Shown: in pieces, positions 1 to 11,147 of the stretch
Layout: each line of letters opens with the position of its first letter
Numbering within the stretch: the stretch's first letter is position 1
The notes under the pieces: generated by a model
What the model was told of the DNA's origin: nothing
Databases searched by the model: none
The model's input: the letters and a program-made list of their open reading frames with translations, nothing else
Translations under genes and position numbers: made by a program
Assembly (NCBI GenBank): GCA_964016885.1
Contig: OZ024744.1
Span: 29,202,001 to 29,266,000, forward strand
Reading direction: 5' to 3'
Length of the DNA: 64,000 nt
Source: Eledone cirrhosa
Taxonomy: Eukaryota

Positions 1-282
1 CGATTTATACACGCTATCGAAATACTCAATAAATATTCCGTCGCAACTGACAGGAAGGGCTGCTTTCGGTTATTTGTCGGAGATTTCTTCATAGAAGCCT
101 TTATTCTTATAGCCTGGTCTAATTGATTTTTATATGGTTAATTATGGTAATTGGGAGAGGAAACGGTATATATATTTTATCTGGTGATTCTATAGACATG
201 TTTTATGATATATAGCTCTGATTGTTTAATTTATTAACTCTTCATTGAGCCACAAAGTGACCCGTTGCAAAACACACAGACG

Positions 283-331
<49 letters not shown>

Positions 332-338
<7 letters not shown>

Positions 339-443
339 TGAGATTCTACAGGACTAGAACTGTTTCATTCATTTGAAATTATCAGATTCCTGATGATTTC
401 AAATGAATGAAACAGTTCTAGTCCTGTAGAATCTCATCTATAT
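332..443. repeat. Near-perfect inverted repeat (54-bp arms, 4-nt loop)
   Basis: Arms 332-385 and 390-443 are reverse complements with one mismatch. Confidence 0.95.
384..434 (+). ncRNA. Type I hammerhead ribozyme motif (Penelope pLTR-like) inside a fold-back
   Basis: agattc-CTGATGA-tttcaaatgaat-GAAA-cag ttctagtc ctg-TA-gaatct. Stem I is 6 bp, stem III is cag/ctg, the triplet is GUA. Stem II is weak (U-U closing pair). Confidence 0.6.
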
Positions 444-516
444 TAAAACTGTTATACTCTGCTATGTATTGAGTACCTTACTTACTGTGGTTACCTCCGA
501 TTCAACCCGGAATAAC

Positions 517-875
<359 letters not shown>

Positions 876-1019
876 TTGAGATTGATGACTGACTTAATAT
901 GAAATAAATTTACATCTGTGTCAACATAACTATTTCACATCTTCATAGATACCAAGGGAGTCATTTGGAATGGACAACAACAACAGCAACAATATCAACA
1001 ACAACAACGACATGATAAC

Positions 1020-1398
1020 CAGCAAACACACACACACACACAATCACACACACACACACATAAGCAACACACAATCACACAGACACACACACACACACAC
1101 ATAAGCACACACACAATCATACAGACACACACACACACACACACATAAGCACACACACAATCACACAGACACACATAAGCACACACACAATCACACAGTC
1201 ACACACACACACAAGCACACACACACAATCACACAGACACACACACACACACATAAGCACACACACACACATATACACACACACATACACACATACACAC
1301 ATACACACATACCTCAGACACACACACAGACACATACACACAGACACACACACGTTCACGCACGCACACACATACACACAAACAGGTACACACACACA
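1020..1398. repeat. CA-rich compound micro/minisatellite
   Basis: (CA)n interspersed with recurring taagcacac/caatcac units. Confidence 0.9.
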
Positions 1399-1644
1399 AA
1401 GGAAAACAGTGTAAAACTCTAGCAGAACCGTCCTCATTTCTTCAACCGAACCATCATCTATCATCCCTCACACCAACATCCCAACCCACCCATGCCAACT
1501 CCCCAAGACAACAAACTCCGTCAGTTATTAAGAACCACTTAACATTTCATCGACATCCAATTATCCTCCCTTATTTCATCTTAAATCATCATTTAGCAAT
1601 GGCATTAACATCACCGCCAAACTCTTTTAAACTATTCTTTCAAC

Positions 1645-1829
1645 CGGTGGATTGACAGAATCGGTAGAGGGCCGGACACCATGCTTTGCAGAATAGAGTT
1701 ATGGCCGTATACGTTCTGAGTTCAAGTCCCGCCGAGGTTAGCATTGCCTTTCATCCTTACGGAATCGATAAAATAATGTACCAGTAATTCACTGGGGTAA
1801 TTGCTAGCCTTGTACCAAAAGTAGAAACA
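1645..1829 (+). mobile_element. tRNA-derived SINE (diverged copy) with (ATT)n tail
   Basis: A-box-like tgacagaatcgg and B-box-like gttcaagtcc. Body gcctttcatccttacgg..gtaccagt and end ccttgtaccaaaagtagaaac match the other copies. Confidence 0.85.
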
Positions 1830-1890
1830 TTATCATTATCATCATTATTATTATTTTATTATTATTATTATTGTTGTTGTTGTTGTTGTT

Positions 1891-2017
1891 TACACGCAAA
1901 ACCTCCACACCAACACACACACACACGCACTCTGTGTTTTCATCCTGTACTGTCATAATGTTTTAGTTGATGTAAACCCTTTGTGGTTAATAAAGAAATC
2001 ATTTTTATTATTATTAT
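1891..2017 (+). mobile_element. Severely 5'-truncated Tx1 3'-UTR end
   Basis: tacacgca...tgtaaaccctttgtggttaataaagaaatcatt matches the 3' terminus of the copy ending at ~49295. Confidence 0.75.
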
Positions 2018-2272
2018 AGCTGTTGTTGTTGTTGTTGTTTCCATACTGCTTAAATTAGTTACTCCTAACAAAATGGATTAACAAGATAAAACCAGAAAGA
2101 AAAGCTAACACTAAAAGAACAAATTGTCATTCAGGAGGTCACAGTATGTGTCACGAAAGTCCTGGACGAACTAAATAACTAATAGAAAAGATACAGAAAA
2201 TCGTATAGTGTGTGTGTGTGTAATTTTATTGGCAATACATGTAACATGACCCTCCCCAAATATAAAAATATA

Positions 2273-2967
2273 TACGAGGGTGCTTCAAAAAAATCATATG
2301 CAGGGATTTTGATCTCGATGCACTTGTACGTTCTCGTACTAACGTGTCATAACATGTTCTAACGTGAACCCTTAAATGCATATTGCAACGTGGCACCGCC
2401 AGTCGGAAGTCAGCAGCCTTCGAGCAGCATGGCCTTCATCAAAACATCAAATTCATGGAGCAAGTTTATGGGGACAATGTCCCAAATAAATCAGCAACCT
2501 ACAAATAGATAAGTCGTTTTAGAAGTGGAAGAGATGACGTTGAAGATAATCCCCAGTTGAAGATGTAAAAATAAGCTGCTTTGAAATGGTTTAAGTTACA
2601 TGGTCCTCAGTTTTACACAGATGGACTTAAAGGCTGGTATCAATGGTTGTTTGACATGGTTTAACTCACATGGCCCTCAGTGTTACACAGATGGACTTAA
2701 AGGCTGGTATCAACGGTTATTTGAAATGGTTTAACTCACATGGCCCTCAGTGTTACACAGATGGACTTAAAGGCTGGTATCAACGGTTATTTGAAATGGT
2801 TTAAATCACCTGGCACACAGTGTTACACAAATGGACTTAAAGGCTGGTATCAACGCTTGCAGAAGTGTATTGACCTAGATAGAGCATATATTAGAAAATA
2901 AACATCATAATTTAAACCAATTTTTCCAACTGTCCTTTTTCCATAAACATTTTGAAGTCCCCTTGTA
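2273..2967 (+). mobile_element. Internally deleted mariner (Tc1/mariner) transposon
   Basis: TIRs tacgagggtgcttcaaaa / ttttgaagtccccttgta with TA ends. HTH remnant VYGDNVPNKSATYK*ISRFRSGRDDVEDNP and C-terminus TNGLKGWYQRLQKCIDLDRAYI. Confidence 0.8.
2581..2855 (+). repeat. 4 x 70-bp tandem repeat made from the mariner transposase 3' end
   Basis: Units start at 2581, 2651, 2721 and 2791 (ttgaaatggtttaa...aggctggtatcaa). Confidence 0.9.
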
Positions 2968-3879
2968 TTTCACCACGCGATTTTACATCACGAATCTTGC
3001 AAAATAAATACATATTAATGATAATAGTTTCCTACATGCTTAGAAAAAATAAACCATGAGGTAGCAGGTCAAAAATCAAAACATGTGACTAAATATGGTT
3101 GGCACCAGAATCACATTCAACTATAAATATTTGCCTCATGGAACCTGCCAGGTCGACCCTGCTTTATTGGGGGAAGGGGACATCAAAATGCTTTTTTGTG
3201 TTGTAGAGGCCAGAAATTTGAGGGCAGAGAAACAGTTTTTTTTTAATGCATTGGCTGTCTTCTCTGTTTCACTGAACAATGTCAAGGTTGACAGAATGTT
3301 TTTAAGTGTAACCTCCATCAAAACTAAACTCAGAATAAGGTAGCGATAAAAACAAGACACTATTAAAGAGAACAAAAACAAGGAGATGAAAAGAAGAAAA
3401 GGAATCAAGAAACGAAGAAAGGCAGAGGGGAAGAGACAATCACTACATTATTTTAACCCCAGAACTTGACTGCTACTTTATTTATCAACCCTGTTATTTG
3501 ATCATAGGAGAGTACCGTATATCCCGGCGTACAAGTCGACATTTGCAACCTAAACATATCTCTCCAAAACTATTCAGGTGTGACGCCAGAAATGACTGCA
3601 CAGGCGGGAGAGTGGATAGTCACAAGCTCACTGTTGTCAAAATGAAAAGAAGAAAAGATTAAGGGAAAGTGTAACACAAAATAGCAAAGAATATGAGGTG
3701 TATGGGTGGGGGGGATAAGTTGACGCATGATGGGTAAGGGGCCAAAGGAGCGAAATAATCCACAAATTCCTTACAATTTTGAAACAAAATACAAAGAGAT
3801 GAGACAAAATTGGGAAAGGTAAACATGTAAAAAATGATAATTATGATTCTTTTCTTATCAAGGAGAAATGGTAGGAATA

Positions 3880-3990
3880 TCAATTGACCCCAGAATATGA
3901 CTGGTACTTTATTCCATTGAACCCACAAGTATGATAGATGGCGTAGTTGACTTTAGTGGGGTTTCAACTTAGGACATAATAGAAGGTATT
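3880..3990 (-). mobile_element. Old degenerate SINE fragment
   Basis: gactggtactttatt...gttgacttt..gggtttcaact resembles the SINE body on the - strand. Confidence 0.4.
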
Positions 3991-4209
3991 TCTAAATAGC
4001 ACAAGATATTTTGCCTAATGCTCTACAGAATCTGGCTAATCCTATACCAGTCATTAATGCCGGTAACTTTGAAAAATGAAGCTGCTGGCGTATGTCCAGC
4101 ATACGTCACTTTGTCACTTCCTCTTCCGCCTCCCTAATTTTTTACTCTTTTATCTTTTTCCTCCCTCACACTATTCCTCCATTTGTATATTTGCTACCAT
4201 CAGAGAACA

Positions 4210-4260
4210 GTACTACTACAACTACCAACAGCAGCAGTAGCAGTAGTAGTAGTAGTAGTA

Positions 4261-4346
<86 letters not shown>

Positions 4347-4411
4347 GGTGGTGGTAAGAAGAAGAAGTAAAGCAACTACACCAACTACTACTACTACTAC
4401 AAAAGCAACAA

Positions 4412-4485
<74 letters not shown>

Positions 4486-5488
4486 GCAACTACCATATCA
4501 CCATCGCTATCATCACCATTGTCATTCCCACCACCACCATCATCATCACCACCATCATCATCACCACCATCATCATCATCATCATCACCATCACCACCAC
4601 CATCACCATCACCATCATCACTACCATCGTAACTATCATCACCACCATCATCATCATCTCCATCACCACCATCATCATCATCATCACCGCCATCACAGTC
4701 ATCCCCATCGCTATCATCACCATCATCATCAACACCATCACCATCAACACCATCACCATCAACACATCATCATCAACACCATCATCAACACCATCATCAC
4801 CATCACCATCATCACCATCACCATCATCACCATCACCACCATCACCACCATCACCATCATCACCATCACCATCATCACCATCACCATCATCACCATCATC
4901 AACACCATCATCACCATCCCCATCATCACCATCACCATCATCACCATCATCAACACCATCATCCCCATCATCATCAACACCATCATCATCCCAATCATCA
5001 ACACCATCATCACCATCCCCATCACCATCATCATCATCAACACCATCATCACCACCATCATCATCCCCATCACCATCACCACCATCACCACCATCAGCAT
5101 CATCCCCATCATCATCATCACCATCACCATCATCACCATCACCATCATCACCATCACCATCATCATCATCATCATCATCACTATCATCACCATCATCATC
5201 ATCCCCATCATCATCATCACCATCATCACCATCACCATCATCATCATCATCACTATCATCACCATCATCATCATCCCCATCATCATCATCACCATCATCA
5301 CCATCACCATCACCATCATCATCCCCATCACCATCAACACCATCATCACTATCATCATCATCATCAACAACATCATCATCATCATCACCATCATCACCAT
5401 CACCATCATCACCAGCACCATCATCATCATCATCCCCATCATCATCAACACCATCGTCATCATCACCATCATCATCGTCATCATCACC

Positions 5489-5519
<31 letters not shown>

Positions 5520-5625
5520 ACAACATCATCATCATCATCACCATCATCATCATCACCATCATCACCATCACCATCACCATCATCATCCCCATCATCATCA
5601 ACACCATCACCATCAACACCATCAT
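4210..5625. repeat. (AGT)n, (ACT)n and long (CAT/CAC)n trinucleotide low-complexity tract
   Basis: Directly visible. Source of spurious poly-S/T/D/M ORFs. Confidence 0.95.
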
Positions 5626-5918
5626 CCACCGCCCTAACATGGCGTCCGACCCTCTACTGATACTGCCAATCCACTGCCAATCCAAGTAATAATGATTTCT
5701 TTATTTATTTATTTCTTTATTTATTTATTTATTTATTAATAATAATTTCTACTTTAGGCACAAGGCCAGCAATTACCCAGTGCATTACTGGTACTTTATT
5801 TTATCGACCCCGTAAAGATGAAAGGCAAAGTCAACCTCGGCGGGATTTGAACTCAAATCGTAAAGGGACGTAACTATGCTGGAAAGCATGGCTTCCGGCC
5901 CTCTACCGATACTGCCAA
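5626..5918 (-). mobile_element. SINE (5746-5918), then a Tx1-type terminus (5688-5705), then a SINE head fragment (5626-5684)
   Basis: The - strand reads tggcagtatcggtagagggccgg...ccttgtgcctaaagtagaaa, then attatt..aataaagaaatcattatt, then ggattggcagtatcagtagagggtcggacgccatg. Confidence 0.85.
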
Positions 5919-5958
5919 TAATAATGAAACGCATTATTTCTCAAAATGGCAACACTTA

Positions 5959-6185
5959 TCTAATATATATTTGTGAAATGGGTGGTGGTTGAAATTCAGA
6001 TGTGCACGGTTAAATGGTAGTAGACGTGGTTGGACTGACATGAAAATTTACACACCTATGTAAAAAGTGCCAAGGAAGCAAATAGACTTGAAAAATGTGG
6101 TCCCTGGGGCCCCAAAACTATCGCGTTCGGTGAGTTATTTCCCCCTGTTCTAATACGTTTGTCTTATTTACAATTTTATACAAAT
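5959..6185 (+). mobile_element. 5' part of a non-autonomous Helitron-like element
   Basis: Starts a|TCtaatatata and is nearly identical to 7993-8235. Confidence 0.5.
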
Positions 6186-6479
6186 AAAGCAGTAAATAAA
6201 AGATTATGAGAAAATATCAACTGTAATGTATGTATGCATGTATTTATGTGTTTATATGAGCGGGGATATGCAAGTAAATCTTACTTTGTGGACAGCTTAT
6301 CCTTAGCATAATATTCATGCTAGAACAGCATATATTTGAAAGTTTTCAGGGAGTTGAATTACTGATTTTTGATCGGCAGCTTTAGCTTTGAAAAAATGAA
6401 ATGTGCAGTGTAAACATTTTTTATTATTCCTCCGGGTATGAATCTTCTCTACATGTTTCCATCTCTTTTTTTCTCTCTG

Positions 6480-6829
6480 GAAGAAATCAGCCGTAGTAAG
6501 ACCTAAAAAAATGGTTAGATACACCATGACGCACCGTGCATCACGGTGGAGTTGAAAAGCAGACTCAGAACATGGCGTTGTGTGGGGTGGCTCGCAGCCC
6601 AGTGTTCCAGGGGGAGCAAAAGGAGAAGGAGAAGAAGAAGAAGAAGAAGAAGAAGAAGAAGAAGAAGAAGAAGAAGAAGAAGAAGAAGAAGAAGAAGAAG
6701 AAGAAGAAGAAGAAGAAGAAGAAGAAGAAGAAGAAGAAGAAGAAGAAGAAGAAGAAGAAGAAGAAGAAGAAGAAGAAGAAGAAGAAGAAGAAGAAGAAGA
6801 AGAAGAAGAAGAAGAAGAAGAAGAAGAAG

Positions 6830-6858
<29 letters not shown>
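6480..6858 (+). mobile_element. Probable LINE (RTE-like) 3' remnant followed by a ~230-bp (GAA)n tail
   Basis: Frameshifted ...GGVEKQTQN / AAQCSRGSKR resembles an RTE C-terminus. The (GAA)n tract at ~6628-6858 is certain; the LINE call is tentative. Confidence 0.4.
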
Positions 6859-6860
<2 letters not shown>

Positions 6861-7169
6861 GAGTTGGAGTCCTATCAAATATGTAGGTTGTGTCTTAAAT
6901 TGAAGGTTTAGTAGAAACAATTCATGTATAGTTTTGTACTTTTCTTTTTGTCATTCATATATAAACAAATCAACTATATAAATTGGAAGTGCTCGGACGT
7001 TGTATATGTAGGTGTAGTCGGATAAACGTCGAAACGGCTTGGTGGAATGCAGCGAAAATTTACACAGTTATGCAGATTGACCCGAGGTGGGCGTTGGGTC
7101 GACTTTCAAGCTACAAACTTCCATAGTTACGGAGAAAATCGATGAAACAGGAATTTCCTATTCAAATTG

Positions 7170-7390
7170 AACTGAGAGTAATCTGTGAACGCAGAAGTAA
7201 TTATTTCGAGAAACGTTGCAACCGAACGAAAACAGGAAGACGATATTTTGGTTCGTGAAGACGTTCCCTGGCAATGAACGGGAAAAAAGCGAGGATAATA
7301 CGTCGTTATGTGGAGTGTGAAGAACAATTTCATGCAAAGACAGGACCAAGTTTATGTTATAAATGGAGTCGTTAGACTAATATTCTATTT
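7170..7390 (+). repeat. Dispersed copy of the TIR-like repeat also at 24023-24150, 24406-24697 and 25590-25885
   Basis: Shared aatctgtgaacgcagaagt...acaggaagacgata..ttggttcgtgaa.acgttccctggcaa...gactaatattct. Confidence 0.7.
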
Positions 7391-7589
7391 AAAATAACAG
7401 AATGATTTCCAGCCCCGGAGTTTAAGAATGATGTAAATAAAATTGAAAACGAAAATGACAGAGGTTATTAAAATAGTAAAAGTAAATAGTGAAGATTTAG
7501 GCCGGACATACACATACACACTCACACACACACACGCGCGCACACACGCACGCACGCGCTTATGCATTTCTACAGTATTTTCACCAAAC

Positions 7590-8586
7590 TTAAGACATAG
7601 GTTACTTATGTACTCCGGATGGTCATGGGCACTGTTATTTTTCCAGATATTGATTATAGGGTCCCCCGGCAGATAACCCCTTTAACCACTTTAACCATTT
7701 CCTTGGAGTCGACTGAAGCACTGCAGTGTAATGATACAAAACTTCATAATTTCTTGAGTTCGCAACCGATTTTCACAAAACTTGACACATGGGCTACGTT
7801 TGTCCTACAGATGAATGTGAACTCTCAGTATTGGCACATATTGGGTAGGGGACCCCTGGGGGCAGGAACCCCCTTTTGGAAAAAGCCGATGATTTTGTAA
7901 AAGTATAGTTTTCGAAGCAGCACTGAAGTATTGACATAAGTGGTATACACAACTGCTATTTAATATCCAAGCAACGCCGGGTTATCTGCTAGTCTAATAT
8001 ATAACTGTGAAATGGGCGGTGGTTGAAATTCAGATGTGCACGGTTAAATGGTAGTAGACGTGGTCGGACTTACATGAAAATTTACACACCTATGTAAAAA
8101 GTGCCAAGGAAGCAAATAGTCGAGGTTTCAAATCTCTAACTTGAAAAATGTGGTCCCTGGGGCCCCAAAACTATCGCGGTCGGTGAGTTATTTCCCCCTG
8201 TTCTAATACTTTTGTCTTATTTACAATTTCATACAAATTTTTAAACTCATCAACGTTCTTTCGCTGTTAATATACAGTACCAATAATTTGAAAAATATTA
8301 TTGAAAGTTTATTATAAAGAAGCAGTTTCAGGAAAAAGTGTAAACTATCATACAAACCTTCATAATATGCATTTTTAAACTTGCATATCATCGACATTGC
8401 TATTTCGCTGTTAATAAACAACGCTTTTCACGTCGCTCGACTTCTCATTGTACGCCGTCCAGCCCCAAGTGCATATTTCTATTTTTTTTCCTGAAACTGC
8501 TTCTTTATAAAAAACTTTCAATAATATTTTTCAAATTATTAACTTAATAAAAAGTGGCTCCGGGTGCAACCGGGCTCAGCTGCTAG
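7590..8586 (+). mobile_element. Two tandem non-autonomous Helitron-like units (junction at 7991/7993)
   Basis: 3' ends gcaacgccgggttatctgCTAG|t and ccgggtgcaaccgggctcagctgCTAG|t (GC-rich hairpin-like sequence plus CTAG). The second unit starts TCtaatatata. Confidence 0.55.
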
Positions 8587-8712
8587 TATTATATATTTTA
8601 TACTTTTGTTCTAATATCTGTCTGTAATAATACAAAATCTCACACTAAAGATCACTGAGTGAAACTTGAGCTGCAGTTAAAATTAAAAACTTGTTCATAT
8701 GTACACACACTC

Positions 8713-8751
<39 letters not shown>

Positions 8752-8811
8752 CGTGTATCTGTGTGTGTGTGTGTGTATTTATACATATACACACACACAC
8801 ATATATGAATA

Positions 8812-8879
<68 letters not shown>

Positions 8880-8884
<5 letters not shown>

Positions 8885-9160
8885 TAAACCATATAAAACA
8901 TATATATATATATATCATAAAACATGTCTATAGAACATGCACCGGACTCTTCAGGAAGTTAGCTCAAATTTAGACAATAAATTTTCCAAAGTGATCGTGC
9001 CAAGAATACATTCAAAAATGGCTAAGAATCGTGACGTAGCAGCGGTCAGGTTAGAAGGAATGTGGTTAGTTGCTTACGGCTGGTGGCTTTTTGCTAGAAA
9101 GCGCAGCACAATACAGCCAAATTTGAATCTCAACCTAACGGGAGATTATTACATATAAAG

Positions 9161-9226
<66 letters not shown>

Positions 9227-9689
9227 GTGTTTTGCAACGGGTCACTTTGTGGCTCAATGAAAAGTTAATAAATTAAATAATCAGAGCTATATATCATAAA
9301 ACATGTCTATAGAATCACCAGATAAATTATATACCATTTCCTCTCCCAATTAGCATAATTAATCATATAAAAAATCGAATAGACCAAGCTATAAGAATAA
9401 GGCTTCTATGAAGAAATCTCCAACAAATAACCGAAACCAGCCCTTCGCGCCGGCTGCGACGGAATATTTATCGAATATTTCGACAGCGTAATCGCCCAGA
9501 TATACAGTCAATTAAACAGAATTAGGTGTAAAATAAACTAGGAGAAAAGTGAACACATTTAGTTACTTCGACCATGGTTTCGTCCACATGTTAAGATATC
9601 CGATAGCTTCGGAACCTAGAGCACCGGACTCTTCAGGAAGTTAGCTCAAATTTAGACAATAAATTTTCCAAAGTGATCGCGCCAAGAAT
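8880..9689 (-). mobile_element. Non-autonomous Penelope-like/retrozyme element: one ~680-nt unit plus a deleted second unit
   Basis: 9621-9689 is repeated at 8939-9007, and 9290-9314 is repeated at ~8912-8935. A complete hammerhead lies at 9565-9641. No ORF. Confidence 0.65.
9565..9641 (-). ncRNA. Type I hammerhead ribozyme (canonical core)
   Basis: acttc-CTGAAGA-gtcc[ggtgctctaggttccgaagctatcggatatcttaacatgt]ggac-GAAA-ccatgg-TC-gaagt. Palindromic stem III, GUC triplet, predicted cut between 9570 and 9569. Confidence 0.85.
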
Positions 9690-9729
9690 GATATTAAATA
9701 AATGGAAACTATATTTATAAAACCATATT

Positions 9730-9792
9730 TATTTTATTATATATATTTCAAGGGTACCAAAACACTTTGGTACGCTTTCTTCAGATAAAATA
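9730..9792 (-). ncRNA. Second type I hammerhead ribozyme (different sequence family)
   Basis: tattttat-CTGAAGA-aagcgtaccaaa gtgt tttggtaccctt-GAAA-tatata-TA-ataaaata. Stem I 8 bp, stem II 11/12 bp, palindromic stem III, AUA triplet. Confidence 0.75.
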
Positions 9793-9844
9793 CAAAGTTT
9801 GTTTTATAAATAGAGACATACCCAGGAAAAGCATACCTTATCAG

Positions 9845-9926
<82 letters not shown>

Positions 9927-9928
<2 letters not shown>

Positions 9929-10110
9929 GCGGTAGATTGGCAGTAATAACGGTAGAGGGTCGGACGCCATGCTTTCCAGCATAGTTACCTCCCTTTACGA
10001 TCTGAGTTCAAATCCCGCCTAGGTTGACTTTGCCTTTCATCCTTACGGGGTCGATAAAATAAAGTACCAGTAATGCACTGGGTAATTGCTGGCCTTGTGC
10101 CTAAAGTAGA

Positions 10111-10116
<6 letters not shown>
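9927..10116 (+). mobile_element. tRNA-derived SINE inserted in (TA)n
   Basis: gggcggtagattggcag...gttcaaatccc...ccttgtgcctaaagtagaaacaat, flanked on both sides by (TA)n. Confidence 0.9.
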
Positions 10117-10174
<58 letters not shown>

Positions 10175-10213
10175 ATAATAAAATACATGGAACTCCTTTA
10201 ACCATCTTTTGAT

Positions 10214-10303
<90 letters not shown>

Positions 10304-10934
10304 TGTGTATCTATATACGTATATGTATATATTGTTTGGTAAATCTATTGACATTTTACGAAAACGTAGCTTCAAACAACTCACATGGGATTGGCTATAT
10401 TCTTTTATTTACTGCTTTTTCTTTGTTTCTTTATTTTTCCTTAATTTAAAACCTAATGAAGTTGGCTATCAAGTGGCCGTTTCTATTCCTACGAGAATCT
10501 ATTATTCTAAATACCTTTCAGGCTATTACCAAAAAGTCAACAGAACAAAAAATTTAAAAAATATATTTTTTTTAAATCATAAAAAGTAGGTTTAGAATTT
10601 CCGTGAAAGATACTTTATATAAGACCACCATCACTTGCACCAATAAATTCGTCTTGGTATTCTTACCAATAATAGTTCCACCCTATTAAATATACTTTTA
10701 CAGTAAAATAATTATTATCAAGTATTGATTGTTAATCTCTTTTTTGTTGTTGTTGTTTTTAATTTTCTTTTTTGTGCATTGTTTCTTAATTTAATTTCTT
10801 CATTACTATTATTACTAGCAGAAAACCCGCACCACGGCCAGTTTTCTCCTAGCGTATGTAGTGTGCATATAGATATTATATGCAAATATATATACATATA
10901 GATATGATACGTAAATTGAAATGTAAATTGTCTT

Positions 10935-11062
10935 AACTTGGTGGCTTATTAACAGAGGTAATTGGCGATGCTCGCGAAGGCGCTTGGCTGTCCCAACACA
11001 TCAGCCTCGCTGTCACATGAGGTAACGCTGCGAGTGTGCTGGCTTGCCTCAAAAATTATTAG
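10935..11062 (+). pseudogene. C-terminal remnant of a CRE-like (restriction-like endonuclease) non-LTR retrotransposon
   Basis: Translates LTEVIGDAREGAWLSQHISLAVT*GNAASVLACLKNY*, matching the QRISxAxQRGNAxxxL terminal motif. Confidence 0.55.
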
Positions 11063-11147
11063 AGAGGTTTCCCAGTACTCCTCGCTATATTGTAAGCTGT
11101 TGTTTTGGTAGTGGTTTGTTTGTACACCCCTTTCACCTGACTTTTGT

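Noticed and set aside
3095-3408. Short ORFs as possible host exon
   Set aside because: No recognisable domain or supported splice structure.
3514-3560. taccgtatatcccggcgtacaag, a Tigger-like terminus
   Set aside because: No matching second end found; too short to call.
4240-4485. (AGT)n followed by (ACT)n forming a fold-back
   Set aside because: Complementary microsatellites are common here; no unique stem sequence.
4092-5685. Long poly-D/G/M/T/S ORFs (up to 379 aa)
   Set aside because: Open frames arise from (CAT/CAC), (AGT) and (ACT) repeats; no non-repetitive coding signal.
6315-6920. Poly-S/K/R/E ORFs
   Set aside because: Translations of the (GAA)n tract.
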